Positions 17,865 through 27,059 of a stretch of DNA of 64,000 nt are shown here, one piece after another. Both the position numbers and the translations under genes were made by a program. The notes under the pieces are model-generated. The model saw only the letters and a program-made list of their open reading frames with translations. It ran no database searches and was not told the DNA's origin. Every line of letters begins with the position of its first letter. The first letter of the stretch is position 1. Location of the stretch: the NCBI RefSeq assembly GCF_053078305.1, contig NZ_CP166879.1; one strand, given 5' to 3'.

Positions 17865-18379
17865 AACGAGAAAGACTGTTTTATGTACTGAGTCTGCTGC
17901 TGTTCTGTACAACAGCTGGCGCAGAACTGAAAGTGATTGCAGACCTGGGCGGCAGGGATGCCAGCCCCTTTTTTGAGGCGATAAACCGGCAGCCACCGGT
18001 TCCCGCTTCAGTTGTGCCATCACCCTCTTTTCCGCAGGGAGAGGCGGCAATGTTACCGGTCAGTACGCCTGAAATGTCACCCGGAGAGGTTGTGGCGCGC
18101 CGGCTTCAGTTACCGGGCATCGGTGCACTTTTTCTTGTGGGCGATGATGCCCATTCCCGCACATGGCTGCAGATGAATGCAGCAGTACTCAGGGAGCGGA
18201 AGGCGGCGGGAATGGTAGTGAATGTGGCGGATGAGAGCAGTCTGCGCGTACTGCGTGAGCTGGCACCGGGGGTGGTGATGGTTCCGGCATCCGGTTCTGT
18301 ACTGGCCCGCAGGTTACAGATAAGTCATTACCCGGTGCTGATAACGGACAACGGCCTGTCACAGGTACCAGCACCATGA
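17861..18379 (+). CDS. periplasmic ICE transfer-region protein
   Basis: 172-aa ORF with signal peptide, 4-bp overlap with neighbours. Confidence 0.5.
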   Translation: MKRERLFYVLSLLLFCTTAGAELKVIADLGGRDASPFFEAINRQPPVPASVVPSPSFPQGEAAMLPVSTPEMSPGEVVARRLQLPGIGALFLVGDDAHSRTWLQMNAAVLRERKAAGMVVNVADESSLRVLRELAPGVVMVPASGSVLARRLQISHYPVLITDNGLSQVPAP

Positions 18380-18969
18380 TGCCGCTGTCTGCCACTTCTG
18401 CTGCGCTCTCTGCTTCTCCGGTACTGACAGCCTGCCTGGTTCTCAGCCTGCTGGCTGTTGTCCTGGGGCCGGCACTGTGGCGCAGCCGGCGAAAAAAAGC
18501 GTGTGTGAGAACACGCCGGCATCAGCGTTATCGTGCCACGGCCTCACGGGTAATGAAGCGGCTGAACGAATTGCAGGGCGATGCCCGGCGGCTGAAATAT
18601 CTGCGCAAAATCAGTCCGTATGTGTTTGAGGAACTGTTGCTGCTGGCTTTTGAGCAACAGGGGATGCCGGTTATCCGTAACCCCTCATACAGCGGCGATG
18701 GTGGTCTTGATGGTCAGGTGGTGATTAACGGTGAACGCTGGCTGATACAGGCTAAACGTTACGGAAGAACCATTCGTCCGGCACATATTGATGCTTTTGG
18801 CGAACTGCTGCGCCGGAAGGGATGCAGGGGCTTTTTTATCCATACGGGGCGTACGGGGAACATCAGCCGGGCACGGCTGACACTGTGGCCGGATATTGAG
18901 CTGATCAGTGGACAACGTCTGTTGCAACTGCTGAATGGCACCTTACTGAGTAATAAAGGAAGATCATGA
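18376..18969 (+). CDS. membrane-anchored restriction-endonuclease-like (Mrr-cat) domain protein
   Basis: N-terminal TM helix; C-terminal GDGGLDGQ...ERWLIQAKRY matches the PD-(D/E)XK Mrr catalytic-domain pattern. Confidence 0.55.
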   Translation: MMPLSATSAALSASPVLTACLVLSLLAVVLGPALWRSRRKKACVRTRRHQRYRATASRVMKRLNELQGDARRLKYLRKISPYVFEELLLLAFEQQGMPVIRNPSYSGDGGLDGQVVINGERWLIQAKRYGRTIRPAHIDAFGELLRRKGCRGFFIHTGRTGNISRARLTLWPDIELISGQRLLQLLNGTLLSNKGRS

Positions 18970-19448
18970 TTATGACACTGTACCGGTTTGTTATGCTGCT
19001 GCTCCGGCTTCTGATTGTCTGGCCGTCAATGCTGGCAGGATGTCTGGTAATGCTGTATGTCTGGAACAATCTGAGTGGTGGTGAGGCAGGCATGACACAG
19101 CGTTATGCGACGGAGTCATCCCGCTGGCGTGATGCGCCTGAAGGGCATGTGATGGTACAAAAATGTTCCTCCGTCATATCCGTCTCAGGTATGTATGTCG
19201 ATGAGCAGGAATGTCCGCGAACAGCGATTTCTTTCGGGGAGGCTGTTGCTGAAGATATTCGTGAACTGAAAATGCAGGCAGTGGTTCTGTTGCTGGGCGC
19301 TTTGTTTATGGAAGGTGTCTCGTCAGTCATTCTGTTTCGTGGTTGTGGTTCTGCAGCCGTATCCGGGGAAGGCAGGGGGGGCCCGGCTGTTATGCCGTGG
19401 CCTGACGGTATCGGTATCTCAAAAGTGCAGGAGAGAAGAGCTGAATGA
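18966..19448 (+). CDS. ICE membrane protein
   Basis: 160-aa ORF with N-terminal TM segments; overlapping stop/start with neighbours. Confidence 0.5.
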   Translation: MIMTLYRFVMLLLRLLIVWPSMLAGCLVMLYVWNNLSGGEAGMTQRYATESSRWRDAPEGHVMVQKCSSVISVSGMYVDEQECPRTAISFGEAVAEDIRELKMQAVVLLLGALFMEGVSSVILFRGCGSAAVSGEGRGGPAVMPWPDGIGISKVQERRAE

Positions 19449-20233
19449 AGGGGGCATTTACAGAGCGGATACAGGCGAATGCTCCGGCCTGGGCACATGA
19501 ACAACTGGTTGCATGGGATACCGCAGAGTTTGCGGCAATGTCGGATTTTATTACGGAACACTACTGGACGGGACAGGGCAGTATCAATGTGTACCGCATT
19601 GTGGGGACTGACCATCCACAGTATGCCGGAATGAGCTGGCTGGAGCTGCTGGAGCGTGGTGAACGCATGGACATCAATATCCCGTTACTTGAAAAGAATC
19701 CGGGATATTACACGCAGGCAGAGCAACAGCATGCCGGGATGGGTTTTGTCAGCACGGATGGCATTCACTGGTATGTCAGTGCTGACGGTAATCACCGCAG
19801 CTGTCTGGCCCGCTTTCTGTTCCACCTGCAGGGGGAGGGGCGCACACAGCTTCACAATGTGGCCCAGAGTATTTATCACACAGACCAGGCGTTCCGGTCT
19901 GCCTGTCGGGAAATTCACAACCTGGCAGAACCGTTGTCCCGGCATGATGTGTATCTTCGTCTGCAGATCCGGCGGCAGTGTGTTTCCCGCGAAGACCTGG
20001 CCTGCTGGAAAGTGGATCGTTTCAGAACAGAGGCGCAGTTGACAGTGGATGATGTGCATGCCGGCGGACATGACGGGCCACTGGTGTATAAGGCATTACT
20101 GCTGAATGCGGCAGACGCATGGCGGGAGGTGATGGTGTTACAGCGCAGGCTGGAGGCACTGTCAGCGTCACCGGAGAAAGCGTTGCCGCGCTCATGGTGG
20201 CGGCGTCTTTTACAGAGAGGTACCCGGTCATGA
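19445..20233 (+). CDS. hypothetical ICE protein
   Basis: 262-aa ORF; its stop overlaps the traD start (ATGA). Confidence 0.5.
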   Translation: MKGAFTERIQANAPAWAHEQLVAWDTAEFAAMSDFITEHYWTGQGSINVYRIVGTDHPQYAGMSWLELLERGERMDINIPLLEKNPGYYTQAEQQHAGMGFVSTDGIHWYVSADGNHRSCLARFLFHLQGEGRTQLHNVAQSIYHTDQAFRSACREIHNLAEPLSRHDVYLRLQIRRQCVSREDLACWKVDRFRTEAQLTVDDVHAGGHDGPLVYKALLLNAADAWREVMVLQRRLEALSASPEKALPRSWWRRLLQRGTRS

Positions 20234-22326
20234 GTAACCGTTATGTGATTGAGGCTCTGCTGCGTCCGGCTGTGGAACTGAATACCGCCGTGGTGGCAGC
20301 AACGGCGGCCGGTGTCTGTGTGACAGCGCCCTGGGCGGTGGCGCTCGCGCCTTCGGTCAGCTATGTCACAGCCGCCGGCTTTGGCGTTCTGGCAGTGGTC
20401 CGTTTCCGACAGGGGATGAAGATCATCCGTTACCGTCGCAATCTGCGCCGGCTGCCCCGTTATGTGATGAGTTCCCGGCAAATTCCGGTCAGCCGTCAGC
20501 GGCTGTTTCTGGGACGCGGCTTCCGCTGGACACAGAAGCACACCCAGCGCCTTCAGGACACGCTGCGACCGGAGGTTGCGCACTATCTTCAGCCGGGCAG
20601 TCTGTACCGGACAGCGCGCTGGCTTGAAATGAAAACGGAGCGCAGTCTTCCCTGGATTGGGCAGCTTCTTCGTCGTGACTCGCCGCTGAATCCCGTCCGT
20701 CCCCTGCCGCCGGTGGGAGGAAATCCTGCCCTGCATGGTATTGAGCCGGATGAGCAGGATGTGACGCTGGCACTGGGTGAACGTGTGGGGCACACCATTG
20801 TCTATGGCACCACCCGTGTCGGGAAAACCCGGCTGGCGGAGTTGCTGGTCACACAGGATATTCGTCGGGGAGATGTCACCATTGTCTTTGATCCCAAAGG
20901 GGATGCGGATCTGTTGCTGCGTGTCTGGGCTGAAGCACACCGTGCAGGCAGGGGCGATGAGCTTTATATCTTTCATCTGGGCTGGCCGGAAATCTCTGCG
21001 CGTTATAACGCCGTGGGGCGTTTTGGTCGTGTGTCGGAGGTGGCTTCCCGTGTGGCCGGTCAGTTATCCGGTGAAGGTAACAGTGCGGCCTTCCGTGAGT
21101 TTGCATGGCGGTTTGTCAACATTGTTGCCCGTGCACTGGTGGCACTGGGGGAGCGCCCAGATTACACGCTGATTATGCGTTATGTGAATAATATTGCCGA
21201 CCTTTATATCCGTTATGCTGGTAAGGTGATCAGCGAACAGATGCCGGAACTGGAAAACGCCATTCTGAATAACATGAATGTACTGGGGGAAGCGGATGTT
21301 CCCCGGACCATGCAGAACCAGCCGGATGCTGTGCGTATCTGGGCCATTGAGGTGGCTCTCAGCAGTGAAGCCGGAAAGAAACTCTATGATCCGATACTGG
21401 ATGGTCTGCGAAGCGCGGTACGTTATGATCGTACCTATTTTGACAAAATTGTGGCATCCCTGTTGCCGTTGCTGGAAAAACTGACCACAGGAAAGACGGC
21501 AGAACTGCTGGCACCTGACTACCTGGATATGAGCGATACCCGTCCCGTGTTTGACTGGGAGCAGGTGATACGTAAAAAGGCGGTGGTGTACATTGGTCTT
21601 GATGCGCTGAGTGACAGTGAGGTGGCCAGTGCCGTGGGTAACTCCATGTTTGCGGATCTGGTGAGTGTCGCCGGGCATATCTACAAACACGGAATGAATG
21701 CCGGTCTTCCGGGAGGGAATGGTACCAAAAATCCGGTTAACCTGCATTGTGATGAGTTTAATGAACTGATGGGTGATGAGTTCATTCCGTTAATCAACAA
21801 GGGAGGCGGTGCCGGTATGCAGGTGACGGCTTACACGCAGACCTCTTCTGATATTGAGGCCCGTACCGGTAGTGCTGCCAAAACGGCCCAGGTGCAGGGT
21901 AACTTTAATAACATGATTATGCTGCGGGTCAGGGAGAACCGGACGGCCGAGTTACTGACGACCCAGTTGTCCCAGGTGGAAATTTATACCAAAACGCTGG
22001 TTTCCGGCCATCAGGACACCGCAGATGTCACGACCGGCCAGGACTTCACATCCAGTACCCAGGATCGTGTTGGTACTGTGAAGGTGCCTTTGCTGGAGCC
22101 GGCAGATATCGTGACCCTGCCGAAAGGACAGGCCTTTGCTCTGCTGGAAGGGGGACAGTTGTGGAAAATCCGTATGCCCCTGCCTGCAACTGATGCAGAT
22201 GACGCGCTGATGCCGGAGAGTATTGCAAAAATTGCAGAGGCCATGCGGCGTAATTACCACACCGGAGAGGGATGGTGGAATGAGACTCCCTCCGTGAACA
22301 TGCCGGAAGGAGAGCAGAATGGCTGA
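20230..22326 (+). CDS. traD: type IV coupling protein TraD (ICE/PFGI-1 class)
   Basis: ORF track 20119..22326; preferred ATG 20230. Two N-terminal TM helices and Walker A GTTRVGKT. Confidence 0.85.
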   Translation: MSNRYVIEALLRPAVELNTAVVAATAAGVCVTAPWAVALAPSVSYVTAAGFGVLAVVRFRQGMKIIRYRRNLRRLPRYVMSSRQIPVSRQRLFLGRGFRWTQKHTQRLQDTLRPEVAHYLQPGSLYRTARWLEMKTERSLPWIGQLLRRDSPLNPVRPLPPVGGNPALHGIEPDEQDVTLALGERVGHTIVYGTTRVGKTRLAELLVTQDIRRGDVTIVFDPKGDADLLLRVWAEAHRAGRGDELYIFHLGWPEISARYNAVGRFGRVSEVASRVAGQLSGEGNSAAFREFAWRFVNIVARALVALGERPDYTLIMRYVNNIADLYIRYAGKVISEQMPELENAILNNMNVLGEADVPRTMQNQPDAVRIWAIEVALSSEAGKKLYDPILDGLRSAVRYDRTYFDKIVASLLPLLEKLTTGKTAELLAPDYLDMSDTRPVFDWEQVIRKKAVVYIGLDALSDSEVASAVGNSMFADLVSVAGHIYKHGMNAGLPGGNGTKNPVNLHCDEFNELMGDEFIPLINKGGGAGMQVTAYTQTSSDIEARTGSAAKTAQVQGNFNNMIMLRVRENRTAELLTTQLSQVEIYTKTLVSGHQDTADVTTGQDFTSSTQDRVGTVKVPLLEPADIVTLPKGQAFALLEGGQLWKIRMPLPATDADDALMPESIAKIAEAMRRNYHTGEGWWNETPSVNMPEGEQNG

Positions 22327-23080
22327 ACCCCGTCGTGAGGTGAACAGAGCAGCACAACCCTCTCCGCCACGTCAGCACGGACTGCTCTGGAATCTGTTGT
22401 GGGGCTGGCCGTGGATGCTGGTCGGGATCCTGTTTTCCTCCCTGCTGCTGAGCCTGCTGGTTGAGTATATCGGGATTGCTTTTTTCTGGCCGGAGCAGGG
22501 GGCAGCACACAGTGAGGCAGTGATGAAGACAGAACTGGGGTGGCTGTCTTCGGAATTCACCCGCAGTCTGCTGCTGTCGGCACCATCGGTAACGGTGACA
22601 GAATGGATAGCAACGGCGTATCAGTGGCTGTTTGTGGAAACAGGTTTTCTGTCGTGGCTGAAGCAGCAAAATGCCGGTGCCGTGGTGGGTAACAGTGTGT
22701 CACAGTACAGTGAGGATGTGGGGCGCTGGCTGAGCCATTATCTGTATGAGTACCTGATGGCCACAGTATATGTCACGGTGGTCACACTGATACGGGTGAC
22801 GATCCTGGTGTTGTCTGTTCCGCTGTTTGTGATGGTGATACTGATCGCGGTTGTGGAGGGACTGGGGCGTCGTGATCTGCGCCGGTATGGTGCTGCGTAT
22901 GAGTCCAGCTTTGTTTATCACCATGCAAAAAAGTCTATTAAACCGGCGATATATATTCCCTGCATTCTTTACCTGTCCTGGCCGACGTCGGTGTATCCGA
23001 ACCTGCTGATATGGCCGGCAGCCATGCTGCTGGGGGTGGCCATCACCGTGACCATGGCATCCTTCAAGAAATATTTATAA
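22319..23080 (+). CDS. ICE integral membrane protein
   Basis: 253-aa ORF with about four TM helices, overlapping traD stop. Confidence 0.6.
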   Translation: MAEPRREVNRAAQPSPPRQHGLLWNLLWGWPWMLVGILFSSLLLSLLVEYIGIAFFWPEQGAAHSEAVMKTELGWLSSEFTRSLLLSAPSVTVTEWIATAYQWLFVETGFLSWLKQQNAGAVVGNSVSQYSEDVGRWLSHYLYEYLMATVYVTVVTLIRVTILVLSVPLFVMVILIAVVEGLGRRDLRRYGAAYESSFVYHHAKKSIKPAIYIPCILYLSWPTSVYPNLLIWPAAMLLGVAITVTMASFKKYL

Positions 23081-23171
23081 TCCACAGAGGCCGGACACCC
23101 TGATGCAAAACTTGTTTTGTGGCAGGGTGTCGGCAGACAAGCCACGCCCTTACGGTCAGTGCGCGTCAGTG

Positions 23172-23357
23172 TCAGAGTAACGACAGCGCCGGAATGACAA
23201 CAATGTTGACGAAAATAATGAACAGAGTGATGGCCCTGATGACGTCATAGATCCACGGGGGGCAACGAGGTTCTTCATAAATGAAAAAATACACAACACA
23301 AACCCAGGTCAGAAGGAACAGGGCCCAGAACGGAAGGGCAGTACGGAGAAATTCCAT
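23172..23357 (-). CDS. small membrane protein in AT-rich insert
   Basis: 61-aa two-TM ORF on the opposite strand in a low-GC segment inside the T4SS cluster. Confidence 0.35.
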   Translation of the reverse strand: MEFLRTALPFWALFLLTWVCVVYFFIYEEPRCPPWIYDVIRAITLFIIFVNIVVIPALSLL

Positions 23358-23463
23358 GCTGATGTGTTTCCTCTTTAAATTGTTAATGCGGTGCCATTAA
23401 CGGGAAACAGTAGTGATGCCGTGTTTTAATAAACAGGAATAAATCATTCAGGCTGGAATAAAT

Positions 23464-24030
23464 TTATTTGAACAGAATCTGGAACAGCGAGATGCAGAAA
23501 CTGGCTATGCTGACAGCCCCCAGAACATAGTTTATTCTTCTGGCCAGCTTCTCTTTTTTCTGACAGGAATTATAAATGTCATGAAGTGACATGGCTAATA
23601 ACTGCACTTCTGACTCACTGACATCGGGTAAACTGATTATATTTTGTAACTGTTGTTTTATATCCTCAGGGAGTTCTGTGAATGGGGCATATTTCTCGTA
23701 CCATGTGATCAGTTCTCTGACCCGGGGGACGTGATGTGAAAAGTTGTTATCAGTCAGAAAATCATTGAAAACAGACAGCAGTGCGCTTTTGATATGTTCA
23801 TGACTGGCAGACCAGCGTTCGGCCAGTAAACAGATATCATTATTTTGTAAACTGCCATTTATTATCGCTTCTTTCAGTTTTTTCTCGTACTTTCTCTTTT
23901 TTGATGATCTGTCTATATCATTGATAGTCAGGATAATGAATATCAGGCCGATGAGATAGACTGTCAGGAGAATGATTATACTGATGATGTCGTTCATGCC
24001 AGGAGTTCCGGGTTGTTTGCCTTCATCCAC
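23464..24030 (-). CDS. membrane protein in AT-rich insert
   Basis: 188-aa ORF with N- and C-terminal TM helices, low GC, convergent to the T4SS genes. Confidence 0.45.
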   Translation of the reverse strand: MDEGKQPGTPGMNDIISIIILLTVYLIGLIFIILTINDIDRSSKKRKYEKKLKEAIINGSLQNNDICLLAERWSASHEHIKSALLSVFNDFLTDNNFSHHVPRVRELITWYEKYAPFTELPEDIKQQLQNIISLPDVSESEVQLLAMSLHDIYNSCQKKEKLARRINYVLGAVSIASFCISLFQILFK

Positions 24031-24136
24031 ACCAGTGTATTCTCCCGTAAAAATTTTCTGTTTTGCAAATAGAGTTTATCGCTGATCCAGTCCCCTGCCT
24101 TACGCATCCTGTACGCACTGTTTAACTCTGACGGAG

Positions 24137-24484
24137 GTGCGTATGTTTTCTTTTCCGGCATCATCCTGCCGTGCCGGCCGTCTGGCCGGTGCCGTGGGGA
24201 TGCTGTTTCTTTTGTCCTTTGCATTACCTGCGCAGGCTGCCGAAAAGGATGAACTGGCCACTGTAATGCGCCAGCTTGACCACGTGCAGGCAGCGCTGGA
24301 GCGGGCCAGAACGGCCTCTCTGCAGGCTTCTTCACAGGGGGAACGCTACTTTTTTGATTATCTGCGTGCCCGTGCAGATTTGCAGACCATTCGTGACGGT
24401 ATTGACCATTATCTGGCCCCTTCCCGGGCGCAACCCCGGTCTTCCGCAGCCGTGATCGGTGACTACCGGCGGGAGCGTCCCTGA
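24137..24484 (+). CDS. RAQPRD-family ICE protein
   Basis: Signal peptide; RAQPRS motif near the C-terminus. Confidence 0.65.
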   Translation: MRMFSFPASSCRAGRLAGAVGMLFLLSFALPAQAAEKDELATVMRQLDHVQAALERARTASLQASSQGERYFFDYLRARADLQTIRDGIDHYLAPSRAQPRSSAAVIGDYRRERP

Positions 24485-24726
24485 TGGCGATGACGGCCCT
24501 GCAGAATACGGCCTTCCGGGCTGCTTCAGGTGAAGTGGATCTCAGTGTGCTGCATCTCATCACGCTGGGATTTCTGCTGGCAGTCGTGTTCCTCTGGGCA
24601 GCGTGGAGTCTGACGGATGCCTGGGCAGGCTGGCGTAGCGGTGATGTCCGGGATGGTGTGTTCGGCTGGTTTATGTTCCGACTCGTCCTGCTGCTGATCT
24701 GCAGTATCTGGATGTTTGCGGGTTGA
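24484..24726 (+). CDS. small ICE membrane protein
   Basis: 80-aa two-TM ORF, start overlapping upstream stop. Confidence 0.55.
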   Translation: MAMTALQNTAFRAASGEVDLSVLHLITLGFLLAVVFLWAAWSLTDAWAGWRSGDVRDGVFGWFMFRLVLLLICSIWMFAG

Positions 24727-25117
24727 TTTCAGTGTCTTGTTTAAGTTTCAGGAGGAAATAATGCATAAAAAAATGCGCATCTGTCGCCAGGCCTGGTATG
24801 CCATGGCGGTGTTTCTGTGTACCGGGATCACACCTGCTCTGGCTGATTTGCCTCAGATAGAGCCGCCAACATCCGGTGGAGGTGGTGGACTTTTCGGACA
24901 GATCAAAGGCTATCTCCAGGATGGTGTTGTGCTGTTTGGTCTTGTACTCAGTGCAGTTGCTTTTGTGAAGGTGGCGGAAGCGGCGCTTTCCACCTTCTCA
25001 GAGGTTCGTGACGGGAAGGCCGGATGGGGGCAGTTTGGTGCCATCGTGGTGGTTGGTGTTGTTCTGCTGGTCGCCATTATCTGGCTGCTGGGCAAGTCGG
25101 CCTCCATCATTCTGTAA
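24716..25117 (+). CDS. ICE membrane protein (pilin-like)
   Basis: 133-aa ORF with signal/TM segments and Gly-rich hydrophobic core. Confidence 0.55.
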   Translation: MRVDFSVLFKFQEEIMHKKMRICRQAWYAMAVFLCTGITPALADLPQIEPPTSGGGGGLFGQIKGYLQDGVVLFGLVLSAVAFVKVAEAALSTFSEVRDGKAGWGQFGAIVVVGVVLLVAIIWLLGKSASIIL

Positions 25118-25129
25118 GGAGACATCCCC

Positions 25130-25492
25130 ATGCAGACCATTCGTTTTTTGCCCGATCGTCTGAACGTGGAGCCTGCGGTTTTTCGTGGTTTTACCACACC
25201 GGAACTGGGGCTGGCGGCCCTGACAGGCGCTGTGGCAGGGGGGATCTGGCCGTTACCGCTGATTCCGCTACTTGGCTGGGTGATTATCCCGACCGGGATG
25301 TTGCTGACTCCCCTGCTGCTGGTCTGGTTCGGTGGCGTCTGGATCAGCCGGCTGAAGCGGGGAAAACCTGACAACTGGCTCTGGCAGCATCTGGCGAAGA
25401 AAAGCAGTGCATGGGGTGGTGGCCGGAAAACATTTATCCGGGAGGCGCATGGCTGGTCCCTGCGCCGTACCCGTAGCAGGGGGAAAAAATGA
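25130..25492 (+). CDS. ICE membrane protein
   Basis: 120-aa ORF with two TM helices. Confidence 0.55.
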   Translation: MQTIRFLPDRLNVEPAVFRGFTTPELGLAALTGAVAGGIWPLPLIPLLGWVIIPTGMLLTPLLLVWFGGVWISRLKRGKPDNWLWQHLAKKSSAWGGGRKTFIREAHGWSLRRTRSRGKK

Positions 25493-26151
25493 GTCGTTTT
25501 CGTCATGCTCTGCGGGATCGCGACCAGCATATCCTGACACTGCGTATTTTCAGCGGTGTGCTGGCCGGAATTCTGATGCTGGTCTGTATCGGGTGGATGA
25601 CGGCACCGGACAGACTGACAATTCACAATCCGCCGGATCTGCGTTCCGGCAGTACCCGTCCCTGGTGGGAAGTCCCGCCGTCAACGGTTTATTCCTTTGC
25701 CTTTTATATCTTTCAGCAACTGAATGCCTGGCCGAAGAACGGAGAGGTGGACTACCCGGCGAAAATTCATGCGCTCTCCGCCTACCTGACGCCATCCTGT
25801 CGGGAGATTCTGGAGAGTGATGCCCGCCGTCGCAGTGATGCGGGGGAGCTGCTGGAGCGTGTGCGCGTGGTGTATGAAATTCCGGAACATGGCTACGGGG
25901 GCAGGTACAACAAAAATCCGGTGACGGTGGAAGGGCGGGATAACTGGCAGGTACAGCTGGATCTGGTGGCAGATGAGTATTTTCATGCTGAGCCGGTAAA
26001 ACGGGCACTTGTCCGTTATCCGATAAAGGTGGTGCGCATGGAGGGGGATCCTGAACGTAATCCGTTCGGACTGGCGCTGGACTGCTACAGCAGTACACCA
26101 CAGCGGCTGGAAGCAGCCTCCCCGGCAGCCGGGAAGGGGGATAATCAGTGA
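25489..26151 (+). CDS. ICE transfer-region protein with N-terminal TM anchor
   Basis: 220-aa ORF, 4-bp overlaps on both sides. Confidence 0.55.
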   Translation: MSRFRHALRDRDQHILTLRIFSGVLAGILMLVCIGWMTAPDRLTIHNPPDLRSGSTRPWWEVPPSTVYSFAFYIFQQLNAWPKNGEVDYPAKIHALSAYLTPSCREILESDARRRSDAGELLERVRVVYEIPEHGYGGRYNKNPVTVEGRDNWQVQLDLVADEYFHAEPVKRALVRYPIKVVRMEGDPERNPFGLALDCYSSTPQRLEAASPAAGKGDNQ

Positions 26152-27059
26152 TGAACGGAGCTGAACGTTGTTTATACCGTAGTATTGTGATGGTCCTGTC
26201 ACTGCTGGTTTTACCACTGAGCGCACGGGCTGATGAGCTGATGAAATGGGAGCGCATTCCCTTACCCGTTACCCTGATGGCAGGACAGGAGCGGGTTATT
26301 TTTGCAGATAAAAATGTGCGGGTGGGCTTCCCGCCAGCACTGAACGGAAAGTTGAGGGTACAGAGTACCGGTGGGGCAGTCTATCTGAAAGCAGAGAGTG
26401 TTTTTCCGCAGACGCGTCTGCAACTGCAGGATGTGGAGAGCGGAGAAATTATTCTGCTGGATGTGACAGCAGCAGAAAAAGGGCCCACAGAGCCCGTACG
26501 GATTGTGTATGAGGGAAGCGTCAGTACGGTCAGTCAGGCTGGCACAGCGGCGTCTGCACGCTCTGCAGAACACAAAAAGGTGGTACCCGGCGGGGATGAC
26601 GGCTCGCAGGCCCTCCGTCAGCCGGTGAAGTATGCAGAGCCTTTACCCGTTCTGTTGACCCGCTATGCGGCACAGTCGCTGTACGCACCGTTACGGACGC
26701 TGGAAGCGGTACCGGGTATCCGGCCGGTTAATACACATCTGCCCGGGAAAATCACCACACTCTATCCGTCAGAGCCACTGACAGTCACGCCACTGGCAGC
26801 CTGGGCTGCGGGTGGGCGTGCAGTTGTTGCACTGAAACTGACGAGTACGGTAAGCCGCAAAATTATCCTTGATCCGCGGGCACTTCAGGGAAAATTCATT
26901 GCCGCGACTTTCCAGCACCGCTGGCTGGGTGCAGCAGGTACCCCTGAGGATACCACCACGCTCTATGTGGTGACGGCAGAACGGCCGGAACAGGCGTTTA
27001 TCGCGGAGCCTGCCTCCCGTCGCATTCCTTCACGGGGGGAGGTGAAGCATGCAGATTAA
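26148..27059 (+). CDS. periplasmic ICE transfer protein (possibly VirB9-like)
   Basis: 303-aa ORF with signal peptide; position in the cluster. Confidence 0.5.
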   Translation: MMNGAERCLYRSIVMVLSLLVLPLSARADELMKWERIPLPVTLMAGQERVIFADKNVRVGFPPALNGKLRVQSTGGAVYLKAESVFPQTRLQLQDVESGEIILLDVTAAEKGPTEPVRIVYEGSVSTVSQAGTAASARSAEHKKVVPGGDDGSQALRQPVKYAEPLPVLLTRYAAQSLYAPLRTLEAVPGIRPVNTHLPGKITTLYPSEPLTVTPLAAWAAGGRAVVALKLTSTVSRKIILDPRALQGKFIAATFQHRWLGAAGTPEDTTTLYVVTAERPEQAFIAEPASRRIPSRGEVKHAD

